A DNA stretch of 64,000 nt, taken from positions 192,001 to 256,000 of the forward strand of contig JBOEGF010000010.1 in the NCBI GenBank assembly GCA_050633305.1, read 5' to 3'. Below are positions 10,551-19,669 of this stretch, piece by piece. Position numbers and translations under genes: made by a program. Source of the stretch: Nannocystales bacterium (lineage in GTDB: Bacteria > Myxococcota_A > Polyangia > Nannocystales > Nannocystaceae). Each line of letters starts with the position of its first letter. The stretch's first letter is position 1. Under the pieces are notes generated by a model. That model had not been told where the DNA came from. It did no database searches and worked only from the letters and a program-made list of their open reading frames with translations.

Positions 10551-11330
10551 ATGCTGGCAGTGGTGGTCGACGAGTTGCAGGGCGACCCCAAGGACCTGGC
10601 GCAGCGGGCAGTCGAGGTGCTCGGCGGCACGGCCTACGATGTGCGTGCGAGCCTGACGGTTCCCGGAGGCGGCCCCGCGGTGCTTGCCGTCGTCGCTGAG
10701 TCCGATCGGGCCGAGGCGCTTCGGGCGGGTCTGGAGGCGCGCGGAATGCGTACAACGGTCGTGTCCGTCCGTGCCGACCGTCCTATGTTGGATGTGCGCA
10801 GGTTCTCGCTGGAGCCACGGTCGCTCGAGGTCGAGGACCGGGACGGGAGGCGATGCTCCGTGCCGTTTTCCTCGGTCGGCGTGTTGGTCCGGGCGAGCGC
10901 GGTCGAGACGAAGGTCAGCACGAAGACCATTCGCGAGCGCAAGTTCAATCCGATGCGCTCTGTCCTCTCTGGCGGGCTTGTGAACACGTCGGTGAAGGTC
11001 ACCAAGAAGAGGCAGCGAGAGACCGACAGCGATGAACTCCTGTTCCTGTTCAGCCGCGGCTCACCACCGCTGCGGCTGAGCGAGAGGAACCTTCAATACC
11101 AGGGACTGGGCGATGCGTTGCAGCCCTCGCGCATGGCGAACTTTCTGTTCACGGCCAACGCGATCGTCCAGGGGTGTCCGCGGGCGCGGCTCGATGAGCG
11201 TCTTCGCCGACGCTCGTTTCAGTCGCAGCTGCTAGGCCGGACGCTCAGTCCCGATGAGCACATTGATTTTGCCGTGCACCTGGTCGCGCAGAGCCTGCAG
11301 CGCCCGCTGCCGAGCCAACCACGGCTGTGA
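10551..11330 (+). CDS. hypothetical protein
   Basis: Long ORF with natural composition from ATG 10551. Confidence 0.7.
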   Translation: MLAVVVDELQGDPKDLAQRAVEVLGGTAYDVRASLTVPGGGPAVLAVVAESDRAEALRAGLEARGMRTTVVSVRADRPMLDVRRFSLEPRSLEVEDRDGRRCSVPFSSVGVLVRASAVETKVSTKTIRERKFNPMRSVLSGGLVNTSVKVTKKRQRETDSDELLFLFSRGSPPLRLSERNLQYQGLGDALQPSRMANFLFTANAIVQGCPRARLDERLRRRSFQSQLLGRTLSPDEHIDFAVHLVAQSLQRPLPSQPRL

Positions 11331-11349
11331 GCGGACGGTTAGATGCGTT

Positions 11350-12039
11350 CTAGTCGAAGCAGACGGGGGAGACCGGTGCAATGTGGGAGCAATGGACTTC
11401 GGGCTGTAGCGACGCCAGCGTGAGGTGCCGAAGTCGGCACGAGAAGGTGTCTGCGTCGGGCACGTTCGCCGAGTACGGCGGTTCGGTCGCGAACGCTTCA
11501 CACGCGGTGATGCAGTCCTCCGTCCCTGAGTACACCGCGAGGTCTCCCGAGCACAGAGTCAGGGCGACGGAGCAGAAACTCTCGCAGTCGGCACCGCACG
11601 TGCCGTCCCCTGCCGGCCCGGCATGTGCGCAGTGTGTATCGGGCTCCTCTGCGGCGAGCACCGCGTGAAAGGTCCGGCAGCTCGCGCTGTTGCCGAGTTC
11701 GTCACCGGCGTTCCCAACCGGCATGTTGGCGCATGTCGCCTCGCAGATCGCGTCCCCGTTGTACTGGGCGTTGTCGTCCTGGCAGTGGTCGCCGATCAGC
11801 GCGCAGTAGTCCGAGCAGACTTCATCGTTCGTGTCGCCCCCGGTACTGCTGCTATCGCCGCCGTCGCTGGTGCTGCTGGTGGTGCTGGTGCTGCTGCTGC
11901 TGCTCGAACCTTCGGTCGCTTCGGGGTCGAGTTCGCCGCCATCGTCTGGATTGAAGCAGCCGGTGACGGCCAGGGCTACGACAAGCGACGCGGTTCGGAG
12001 CGATGGGAACCACGTCGGGGTACCAGTCCAGTCTGCCAT
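11350..12039 (-). CDS. Cys-rich myxobacterial lipoprotein
   Basis: VTGC lipobox, Ser/Thr linker, two copies of C..YC/FC....C......Y.....C...C...CR..H......HC.H. Confidence 0.8.
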   Translation of the reverse strand: MADWTGTPTWFPSLRTASLVVALAVTGCFNPDDGGELDPEATEGSSSSSSTSTTSSTSDGGDSSSTGGDTNDEVCSDYCALIGDHCQDDNAQYNGDAICEATCANMPVGNAGDELGNSASCRTFHAVLAAEEPDTHCAHAGPAGDGTCGADCESFCSVALTLCSGDLAVYSGTEDCITACEAFATEPPYSANVPDADTFSCRLRHLTLASLQPEVHCSHIAPVSPVCFD

Positions 12040-12318
12040 GGGTGGAGCCTACCCTCGAGTCGGCCCTCACGCTCTCCCGACAACCCAAGAAATCCGAAGC
12101 GCGTCCTCATCTATCGCAGGTGCCTATATGAGACATAGGCACGCTTGATGGGCGCCGGCACAGGCCGCGAACTCGGGAGTCACTTGGGCCCGCGGGTGAG
12201 CGATGAACTCCCGAGCTTTGTAGCGGTCGGTCGCGGACTTGAGCGCTTCCTTATCCTGCGGTCCGAAAACGGTAGCGTCGCAATCTCGGACCGAACGAAC
12301 CTGTTCCCAGGTCGGAGC

Positions 12319-12347
12319 GCCGGAGCGCAGGGTGTCTGCGCTCCGGC
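12319..12347 (-). terminator. 12-bp hairpin just after the EF-G stop
   Basis: GCCGGAGCGCAG-5nt-CTGCGCTCCGGC; no clear U-tract. Confidence 0.4.
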
Positions 12348-12354
12348 TGTGGGC

Positions 12355-14400
12355 TCAACGCCGGTCGGCGGCGACGAGCTTGGTTTGTACGTGCGTCGGA
12401 GTGGCCGCGTAGTGGGCGAGCTCCATCGTGTGCTCACCCTTGCCCTCCGTCGCGCTGCGTAGGCCCGTCGCGTAGCCGAAGAGCTCCGCAAGAGGCACAA
12501 GCGCGATGATGCGAGCGGAATGCTCGCCGACTTGGCAGTCCTGTACCTGGCCTCGTCGTCGGACCAGGCCGCTCTGCACCGCACCCACGAAGGCCACCGG
12601 GGCGTCGACCTCGACCCGCATGAGGGGTTCCAAGACCACCATGTCCGCCCGTCTTAGGGCGTCGGTGATGGCGTCGCGTGCCGCGATTCGAAACGCGAGC
12701 TCGCTGGAGTCCTTCTCGTGGGTCTTGCCGTCCTCGAGGGTCACCTCGACACCATGGACCTCGGCTCCAAGCAGAGGTCCGCGATGCACGGCGTCTCGAG
12801 CACCAGCATCACACGCGGAGATGAACTCGCGCGGGATGACTCCGCCCTTGATGCGGTCGACGAAACAGTAGCCGTTTTCCAACGGTCGTACTGTTCCGAC
12901 GACGCGGGCAAACTGCCCGCTGCCGCCGTCTTGCTTCTTGTGCAGGTAGTTGAACGACACAGGCTCGCGGAGCGTTTCTCGATACCCGACCTGCGGAGCG
13001 CTTCGATACAGCTCGATGCCGTGTTCGTCACGCAGTTGATCGCAGTAGATCTCGAGATGCAGCTCTCCCATGCCGGCCAGCAACGTTTCACCCGTCTGCG
13101 GGTCCTGGCGGACACGTAGTGTGGGGTCTTCGCGGCACAGTCGGCCGAGGACCTTGGCGAGTTTTTCGAGCATGGTTTCGTCCTTGGGTACGATGGCGTA
13201 GGCCATCACGGGCTGCGGAATGGTCATCGGACGCATCGAGATGGATGCTCCGTCGCTGGTCAGCACCTCGGCGGTGCCGAACGATGCGCCAAAGGTTGCG
13301 ACGATGTCGCCGGCCTCTGCCGCGTCGATGTCGGTCATCGTGTCCGCGTGCACACGGACCAGTCGGCCCACGCGATGTTTGCGACCCTCGGTGATGACCG
13401 TCTGCCCCCGCTCGAGGCGGCCTTGGTAGACACGCAACATGGTGAGCGAGCCGAACGAGTCCTCGATCGTCTTGAACGCCAGCGCCCGCAGAGGGCCCTC
13501 ACGTTCCGCGTCGAGAATCACCGGGGTGTCGTTCTCCCCGAACGCTTCGGTGGAGACGTCGCCCGGATGCGGGAGGTACGCGACGACAGCGTCCAGCAGC
13601 GGTTGCACGCCCACGTTGGCGCGCGCAGAGCCGCAGAGCACCGGGGTGAATCGACGAGCGACCGTTGCCCGCCGGATCGCATCCTTGATCGTTTGGACGT
13701 CAAGCGTGCGGCCGTCGACATATTGGCTCAGGAGGTCATCGTCGACTTCGGCGACCGCCTCGATGAGGCGGAGCCTCGCCGCTCGAGCGACATCCCTCAT
13801 CCCTTCGGGGATCTCTGACTCCACGACATCCTGACCGTGGTCCCCTCCGAAGCGTAGCGCGCGGCCCTCGACCAGGTCGACGACGCCGCGGAGTTCGCGT
13901 TCGAGTCCGATGGGAAGCGTGAGCAAGGCTGCGTTGTGACCGAGTTTCCTCAGCTGCCCAGACACGCGATGAGGGTCGGCACCGGTGAGGTCGAGCTTGT
14001 TGATGAACGCGATGCACGGGACACCGTGTCGCTCCATCTGGCGCACGACCGTCCCGGTCTGCGCCTGTACGCCCGCAACTCCGCACAACACCAAGACGGC
14101 GCCGTCGAGAACGCGAAGCGAGCGTTCGACCTCGATCGTGAAGTCGACGTGTCCGGGAGTGTCGATGAGGTTGAGGCCATACATGCCCCACTGCATTCGG
14201 GTCGCGGCAGACTTGATCGTGATGCCGCGACGCTGTTCGTCCGCGCGAGCATCCATTGTGGCGCCTCCGCCGTCCTTGTCGCGAACTTCGGTGATGCGGT
14301 GTATTCGACCGGTGAAGAACAGCAATCGTTCGGCAAGGGTGGTCTTTCCGGCATCGACGTGGGCGAGGATGCCGAGGTTCCGTAGGGTCTTGAAGGTCAT
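12355..14400 (-). CDS. fusA: elongation factor G paralogue (spdEFG1/mtEFG1-like), outside the str operon
   Basis: AHVDAGKTT, RGITI, DTPGHVDF, NKLD, GMGELHLEIY, HKKQ.GGSGQF. The 'EVRDKDGGGATMD' insert resembles mtEFG1/spdEFG1. Confidence 0.92.
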   Translation of the reverse strand: MTFKTLRNLGILAHVDAGKTTLAERLLFFTGRIHRITEVRDKDGGGATMDARADEQRRGITIKSAATRMQWGMYGLNLIDTPGHVDFTIEVERSLRVLDGAVLVLCGVAGVQAQTGTVVRQMERHGVPCIAFINKLDLTGADPHRVSGQLRKLGHNAALLTLPIGLERELRGVVDLVEGRALRFGGDHGQDVVESEIPEGMRDVARAARLRLIEAVAEVDDDLLSQYVDGRTLDVQTIKDAIRRATVARRFTPVLCGSARANVGVQPLLDAVVAYLPHPGDVSTEAFGENDTPVILDAEREGPLRALAFKTIEDSFGSLTMLRVYQGRLERGQTVITEGRKHRVGRLVRVHADTMTDIDAAEAGDIVATFGASFGTAEVLTSDGASISMRPMTIPQPVMAYAIVPKDETMLEKLAKVLGRLCREDPTLRVRQDPQTGETLLAGMGELHLEIYCDQLRDEHGIELYRSAPQVGYRETLREPVSFNYLHKKQDGGSGQFARVVGTVRPLENGYCFVDRIKGGVIPREFISACDAGARDAVHRGPLLGAEVHGVEVTLEDGKTHEKDSSELAFRIAARDAITDALRRADMVVLEPLMRVEVDAPVAFVGAVQSGLVRRRGQVQDCQVGEHSARIIALVPLAELFGYATGLRSATEGKGEHTMELAHYAATPTHVQTKLVAADRR

Positions 14401-14633
14401 GAGTCGTGTCTCTCGGAGCGCGCACGCGGCGTGCGTACGCGGTAGGAGGTCGCAAGAAGCCGATCGGCAGCCGACCGAGCTTGGGAGCCTGGTCTTGCCG
14501 AGCGCATCGATGGGAATGGACGCGCAAGCACGCACGGACTCGGAGGTCCGGCCGCTCGCGCGCTGCTTCAGGCGCGGTCACGCACTGACGGAGGTTTCGT
14601 ATGCCGGATCAAGCCGGCTGTAGCGGTGCTCCC

Positions 14634-14726
14634 TCAGCGTGCGCACGCGCCTGCGTGAAAGCACAGCAAAACCTCCGGCTGGAAGCCAGGTCGCTGTGTG
14701 CGGCGCATGGTGACGATGAGGGGCAT
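14634..14726 (-). CDS. possible 30-aa leader peptide in the EF-G 5' leader
   Basis: GGAG upstream of ATG; MPLIVTMRRTQRPGFQPEVLLCFHAGACAR*. Confidence 0.3.
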   Translation of the reverse strand: MPLIVTMRRTQRPGFQPEVLLCFHAGACAR

Positions 14727-14763
14727 GACAGGTTCTCCGACACGAGAGTCGAAGCTCTGGCTT

Positions 14764-14792
14764 GAGATAGCGCCGGGCCCTGGGGGTGTCAA
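14764..14792 (-). promoter_or_regulatory. putative sigma70 promoter for the EF-G paralogue
   Basis: TTGACA-17 nt-TATCTC on the minus strand. Confidence 0.5.
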
Positions 14793-15418
14793 GGGCCCGG
14801 CCGCTGGGTGTTGCCCGGAGCGGAGAGCGTTTCCGCCAGCTTTCGGTACGCGCGATGGGCCCGGACCCGAAGGCTGACCGTGGGCATCGACAACTCATCT
14901 GCGATGCGGCACAGGGGTTCGCCCTGAAGCTTGTGACGGCGAATCACCTCCCGCGAGTTCGGCGGTAGTGCATCGACCGCGTGCCGGACCGATGCTCGTA
15001 GTTCGGCGAGGTCCTCGTCATCGCAGAGTCGCTCTTCGGGCGTCCTCGGTGCGGCGGGGCGCCCAAAACCCTCGGTGGCATCCTGCTGACAGATCGTCTG
15101 GAATCGGGCCTCGCGTCGGTATTCGCTGCGAAAGTGGTCGAGCATGGCCCGCCGCGCCGAGGTGAGGAACCACCGCTCCACGGTTCCTGCTTCACCGCTC
15201 CACCTGTGGTCGTACCGTTGTTTGGAGACGTGTACGCGCAGCAGGGTTTGTTGCATGAGGTCGTCCACCACCTCCGGGGCACGCACCCGCCGCTGCAGGT
15301 ACTTTCGGATCCGCGGGCCGAGCCGACGCAGCAAGGTGTCGAACGCTCGCATGTCCCCTCCGACGTACCGGAGCATCAGAGCGTGCATCGGATCCAGTTG
15401 AAGCGCTGCTATCGCCAT
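14789..15418 (-). CDS. ECF-type RNA polymerase sigma factor
   Basis: DDLMQQTLLRVH...WFLTSARRAMLDHFR; region 4 with LRVRAHRAYRKL. Confidence 0.88.
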   Translation of the reverse strand: MAIAALQLDPMHALMLRYVGGDMRAFDTLLRRLGPRIRKYLQRRVRAPEVVDDLMQQTLLRVHVSKQRYDHRWSGEAGTVERWFLTSARRAMLDHFRSEYRREARFQTICQQDATEGFGRPAAPRTPEERLCDDEDLAELRASVRHAVDALPPNSREVIRRHKLQGEPLCRIADELSMPTVSLRVRAHRAYRKLAETLSAPGNTQRPGP

Positions 15419-16368
15419 CGTCCCTCTTCATCCAGTCCGATCGGCCAGTACGGGAGACAGCTGATGGCCTCCAGCCATCCAACGTGTTTCCCATCGTTCA
15501 GCCATGTCAGGAGCAGCGACTCCGGAGGGACGCGGCTCGGCACGTCCATGTGGGCGTTGAGCAGTACGCACCGGGTCCAATAGTGATGAATCGTCCACTG
15601 CAACTCGGGACAGGCGGCTGGGCCCGCAAAGTACTCGTCGAACGCGAAGGCTGCAGCATGCGCGGGCTTCACCCCTCGGTGCGCCATCGTGGTCTCGATG
15701 ATGCCGCCCCACCACGTTTCGGCGATCGACAGCGCGGCTTCGAGGTGGCGTTCGTACGCGAGGAACAAGCTGCGGTACTCGCTGCGCGCGTCCGCCATGG
15801 CGGTGAGGTTTGTCCCAACGGTAGGGAGGGAAGGCATCAGATGGGACGCCCCTGTGAGTCGGGAGATGCCGTGGCCTGTGGGGTGCAGGAGTTGGAAACG
15901 AAAGGTCCGAGGCGGCTGTGGCGCGCAGCTCGGTTGCGTGGAGAGGTTGGGCGGCGGTCGCTCGTTGGGGAAGAGGAGCAGCTCGTCCACGAGGACCGCG
16001 AGATCGGGCTCGACACCTCGCAAGTGCTCGACGAGGCGGCGCTTCGCGTCCCGGTGGTGTTCGTTCCCCGCGACAAGCGCGGTCACACTCGAGCGGACGG
16101 CATGCAGGACGCTGGGGTGACACGCTGGGCCCGCGGGGAGGAAAGCACGAAGCTTGTCGTCCGCCGACCCTGTACCGGGTGCAGAAGGCCGAGTCTGGAG
16201 CTGCTTCCACCATGCAAGAGCTTGGGCTCGCGCTTCGGTGAGCGCAGCGACGTGCCGCCCGAGCGACTCTTCTTGTGCCTGCATTGGATCGATCTGGTGG
16301 GTCCCGTCGGTTCTCTGTCGGGCATGCTCGATGAGCACGTGATGGCCCGCCATTCCCTTCGAGGGCAT
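15409..16368 (-). CDS. hypothetical protein with internal duplication
   Basis: Two similar segments (A..WW...AGPA.hP); overlaps the ECF start. Confidence 0.7.
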   Translation of the reverse strand: MPSKGMAGHHVLIEHARQRTDGTHQIDPMQAQEESLGRHVAALTEARAQALAWWKQLQTRPSAPGTGSADDKLRAFLPAGPACHPSVLHAVRSSVTALVAGNEHHRDAKRRLVEHLRGVEPDLAVLVDELLLFPNERPPPNLSTQPSCAPQPPRTFRFQLLHPTGHGISRLTGASHLMPSLPTVGTNLTAMADARSEYRSLFLAYERHLEAALSIAETWWGGIIETTMAHRGVKPAHAAAFAFDEYFAGPAACPELQWTIHHYWTRCVLLNAHMDVPSRVPPESLLLTWLNDGKHVGWLEAISCLPYWPIGLDEEGRWR

Positions 16369-16567
16369 GGAGCGTCAAACGGTCGCGGGTCTTGGCTGAT
16401 TGCGGCGAAGCACTTCGGGGGAAACGCGCCGCCGGGTCGAGAGAACCTCAGCCTGGAGACTCGCGAGGGTTCCGACGCCCCCGCGGACTCAATGGTTTCA
16501 TTTTGTCGAGATCACCGTGCTCGCAGTCGTCACGACACCCGCGGACTCGCCGCGTACGAGTCGTAGC

Positions 16568-17557
16568 TCACGGCTGAAGCACGAGCTTCCCCTTGGCGTG
16601 ACCAGTTGCGAGATGGGTCATGGCCATCCCCACCTGGTCGAGGGGATACTTGGTCTCGACGACCGACCGCAGTGCGCCCGCACTCAGTAGATCTGCAAGG
16701 AACTCCAAGTCCGCGCGCTTCCTTTGGGTCATGAACGCCGCCGCCCGTTGCGAGCCAAACATGAATGACACCATGGCTTTGATCATGTGTAGCAACGGTC
16801 CAAGAATGGGACGCTTGGGACCGCCAACGACGACGTAGCAGCCGCTCGGGGAGAGGCACCGTTTGATCTCCGACATCTTTCGGTTCCCCATGTTGTCGAA
16901 GATCACATCGTATGCGGACGCGGTCTCCGTGAAATCTTCGGTCGTGTAGTCGACGACGTGGTCCGCCCCGAGCGACCGAACCATCCGTGCGTTTGAAGCG
17001 CTACAGACACCGGTGACGGTTGCGCCAAGATGCTTGGCGAGTTGGACGGCGAACGTTCCGACGCCTCCGGAGGCACCGTTGACCAAGACCCGTTGGCCTG
17101 ACTGGAGCTTGCCGTGGTCTCGGAGCCCCTGGAGCGCCGCGAGTGCTGCGACGGGTACTGCTGCGGCCTCGTCGAACGGTGTGTTCGCCGGTTTACGGGC
17201 GAGACTGTCGGCCTTCGCGGCGACGAACTCGGCGTATGCACCATCGGCGCACCCGAAGACTTCATCACCCACCGCGAAGTCGGAGACCTGGGCTCCCACA
17301 GCCGTGACAACCCCTGAGACGTCGACGCCCAGACCCGTGTCTTTGGGCTTTGACCAGCCACTCCCCATTCGCGTGATGTACGGGGTGCCGGTCATTCCAT
17401 GCCAATCGTAGGGATTGACTGCCGCAGACCGGACTTCGACGAGGACCTCGTCCTCTTCGCATTCTGGGCGGTCGATCTCTGCGATCTTCAGGACCTCCGG
17501 TTGCCCATACTGCGTCCGAATTGCGGCCCGCATGCTGCGCGGCTGTGTGTTTGGCAT
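16568..17557 (-). CDS. NAD(P)-dependent MDR-family oxidoreductase (quinone reductase/alcohol dehydrogenase-like)
   Basis: AAVNPYDW, VLVNGASGGVGTFAVQLAK, GADHVVDY, HAKGKLVL. Confidence 0.92.
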   Translation of the reverse strand: MPNTQPRSMRAAIRTQYGQPEVLKIAEIDRPECEEDEVLVEVRSAAVNPYDWHGMTGTPYITRMGSGWSKPKDTGLGVDVSGVVTAVGAQVSDFAVGDEVFGCADGAYAEFVAAKADSLARKPANTPFDEAAAVPVAALAALQGLRDHGKLQSGQRVLVNGASGGVGTFAVQLAKHLGATVTGVCSASNARMVRSLGADHVVDYTTEDFTETASAYDVIFDNMGNRKMSEIKRCLSPSGCYVVVGGPKRPILGPLLHMIKAMVSFMFGSQRAAAFMTQRKRADLEFLADLLSAGALRSVVETKYPLDQVGMAMTHLATGHAKGKLVLQP

Positions 17558-17595
17558 CTGCGTCTTTGCTCGTTTCAGAGGTGGAAAAAACAGCG

Positions 17596-17610
17596 ACGTA
17601 CGGTGTACGT
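17596..17610. promoter_or_regulatory. putative TetR operator (copy 1)
   Basis: ACGTAC-GGT-GTACGT palindrome 39 nt upstream of the oxidoreductase start; near-identical to 20909-20923. Confidence 0.65.
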
Positions 17611-17626
17611 TTCTGATGGCGAGGTT

Positions 17627-17655
17627 GGTCTATTCCGTGGATCTAGGTTTGTCAA
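17627..17655 (-). promoter_or_regulatory. putative sigma70 promoter of the oxidoreductase
   Basis: TTGACA-17 nt-TAGACC on the minus strand. Confidence 0.55.
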
Positions 17656-17889
17656 CTCCAGCTCGAGAAAACCGACGCGGTTCTGCCGCCTTCGATTCTC
17701 GCTGCCGCCGCCGTCGTCACTCCGGTCGCGGCGTCATGGCGGCGACCGGCGTGGTCCGTGGTCTCGGCAGGGGTGCGGCCCGCCGGACGACGCGTGTTCG
17801 TCTGTGACCCGCGACGCGCTTTCGCCCGGGCCGCTCCGCGCGCGCCGCAGCGCGTTACCGAAAACCGGTCGGTGCTCTAGGGGGTGTCC

Positions 17890-19518
17890 CTAGAGTTCAA
17901 GACGCACGGTGGTCTTCGACTGTCCGGCGTCGCGTTGTTCGAGGAGGACGCTCCGCGCGTTGACGGCGACGACTCGGTAGTGACCAACGGATGCACCGAG
18001 GGCGGCTTGGACCGTTGAGCCATCCCGGAGCTTGATCGTGGCTTGCCGCTGCCGTTCCTCGCCTTCGATACCGATGAGCACAAACTCCGGGTCAGGGACG
18101 GGCTCGGGTGCCATCCTGAACTCGGGAGGAATCTCGATCTCGGCGTCCGCGGTCGGCTCCGGTTCGGGTGCCGGCGTAGGTTGTGGCTCCGGCGTAGGTC
18201 GGGGCTTACCCCTCGCCGCCGGCTCAAGCTCGGGTTCGGACCCCGCGGCGACTCTGTGCTGCGGGGGTGCGCCCTCGCGCAGCATCGTGGCGCCCAGCCC
18301 AAGCCCAGTCACGGCGACCACGGCCGCACCGGCCCACATCGGGAACTTCGACCGCGTGGTGGGATATGTTGCGCGCGGTGGGAGGGGGGCGACAGGGGCA
18401 CCCGCGGATGGTGTCGGGATGTCGGCGACGCGCGTCGTCCCGGCACGCCGCTCGGGCGCGGGCACGGCGACTTCGGTGTGCTGTTCCGGGACATGCAACG
18501 GGACGGTCTGGTCGTTTCCCTCCTGGGCCGTGGGCACGCCAGCGATCTCGGACCAGGGGAGTGGCTTGTCGCCAAACAGGCCACGTACGTAGCGGGCGAG
18601 CCCGTCTTGTGTGGGGCGGAGACCGAGGTGCCTCCCGAACTTCACCAGCGCGAGCCGCAGCGCTTCGGCGCTTTGGTAGCGGTCGTCAGGATCGGCCCGC
18701 AGCGCTCGAAGGACGATCCGCTCAAGCGCGGGTGGGTATCCGCGACGACGCGACGACGGGGGCTCGATCGAGCTCGAGATCACCTGGTTGAGCACCGCGA
18801 CTTCGTTGTCGCCGGCGAAGAGGCGGGTGAGGGTCGTGGCCTCGTAGAGAAGAATGCCCAACGCGAACACATCGCTGCGGTGATCCACATGCTCGGCCCG
18901 GCACTGTTCCGGGGACATGTACGACAGCTTGCCCTTGAGCGTGCCGGCCTGGGTGACGTGCGTGCCTGCGGCCGCCTTCGCAACACCAAAGTCCACGAGC
19001 TTGACGGCCCCATCGTAGCCGACGAGTACATTGGAAGGGGAGACGTCGCGATGCACGATGTGCAGCGGCCGGCCGTCGCCGTCGGTCTGTTGGTGGGTGT
19101 GGTGGAGGCCGGACGAAATCCCGAGTGCGATGCTCAGGACCTGGGGGAGCGGGATGTTCTCGCCTCTGGACTGGGCGGCATCGAGTACGGCACGGAGGGT
19201 CTCCCCGTGGACGTACTCCATGGTGAAGAAATCCTCGGCTTCCCCAATGGCGATCGCGCGGACGATGTTGTGGTGTTGCAGCGCGAGGGCGAGGTGGGCC
19301 TCATCGCGAAACATGCGGACGAACTCCGGATCTGCCGCAAGGTGGGGCAGGATCTTCTTGAGTACGACCACGGGGCTCGGCGCATCGCCGCCTGCTCGGG
19401 CACGCGCGAGGAAGAGCTCGGCCATTCCTCCGGTCGCGAGTCGACCCAGCACCTCGTAGCTCGTGCCCGACACGTCGGCGAGCGTTCGCAACGAGTGCGG
19501 CTGAACCTGGGGAACCAC
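17890..19518 (-). CDS. Ser/Thr protein kinase with TM segment and C-terminal extracytoplasmic domain
   Basis: GGMAELF, HRDVSPSN, DFGVAK, YMSPEQ, DVFALG. Confidence 0.93.
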   Translation of the reverse strand: MVPQVQPHSLRTLADVSGTSYEVLGRLATGGMAELFLARARAGGDAPSPVVVLKKILPHLAADPEFVRMFRDEAHLALALQHHNIVRAIAIGEAEDFFTMEYVHGETLRAVLDAAQSRGENIPLPQVLSIALGISSGLHHTHQQTDGDGRPLHIVHRDVSPSNVLVGYDGAVKLVDFGVAKAAAGTHVTQAGTLKGKLSYMSPEQCRAEHVDHRSDVFALGILLYEATTLTRLFAGDNEVAVLNQVISSSIEPPSSRRRGYPPALERIVLRALRADPDDRYQSAEALRLALVKFGRHLGLRPTQDGLARYVRGLFGDKPLPWSEIAGVPTAQEGNDQTVPLHVPEQHTEVAVPAPERRAGTTRVADIPTPSAGAPVAPLPPRATYPTTRSKFPMWAGAAVVAVTGLGLGATMLREGAPPQHRVAAGSEPELEPAARGKPRPTPEPQPTPAPEPEPTADAEIEIPPEFRMAPEPVPDPEFVLIGIEGEERQRQATIKLRDGSTVQAALGASVGHYRVVAVNARSVLLEQRDAGQSKTTVRLEL

Positions 19519-19669
19519 GGGTCGGTGATCCTAGCCCGCGCTCTTGCGGCTCAGCAACGCGGGAGGCTTGCTGGCACGGGAGTGGAGTCACAGCATTGGT
19601 GTGGCTGGAGCGGAGCCGAGCGACTTTATCCGGGGGGGCGTGCCCCCGGCGGTCGGTTCCGGGGCTGGA

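Noticed and set aside
12198..12210. 13-nt match (GAGTTCATCGCTC) with 45223-45235 in the structured RNA
   Set aside because: An isolated 13-mer match is expected by chance in a 64-kb GC-rich window.
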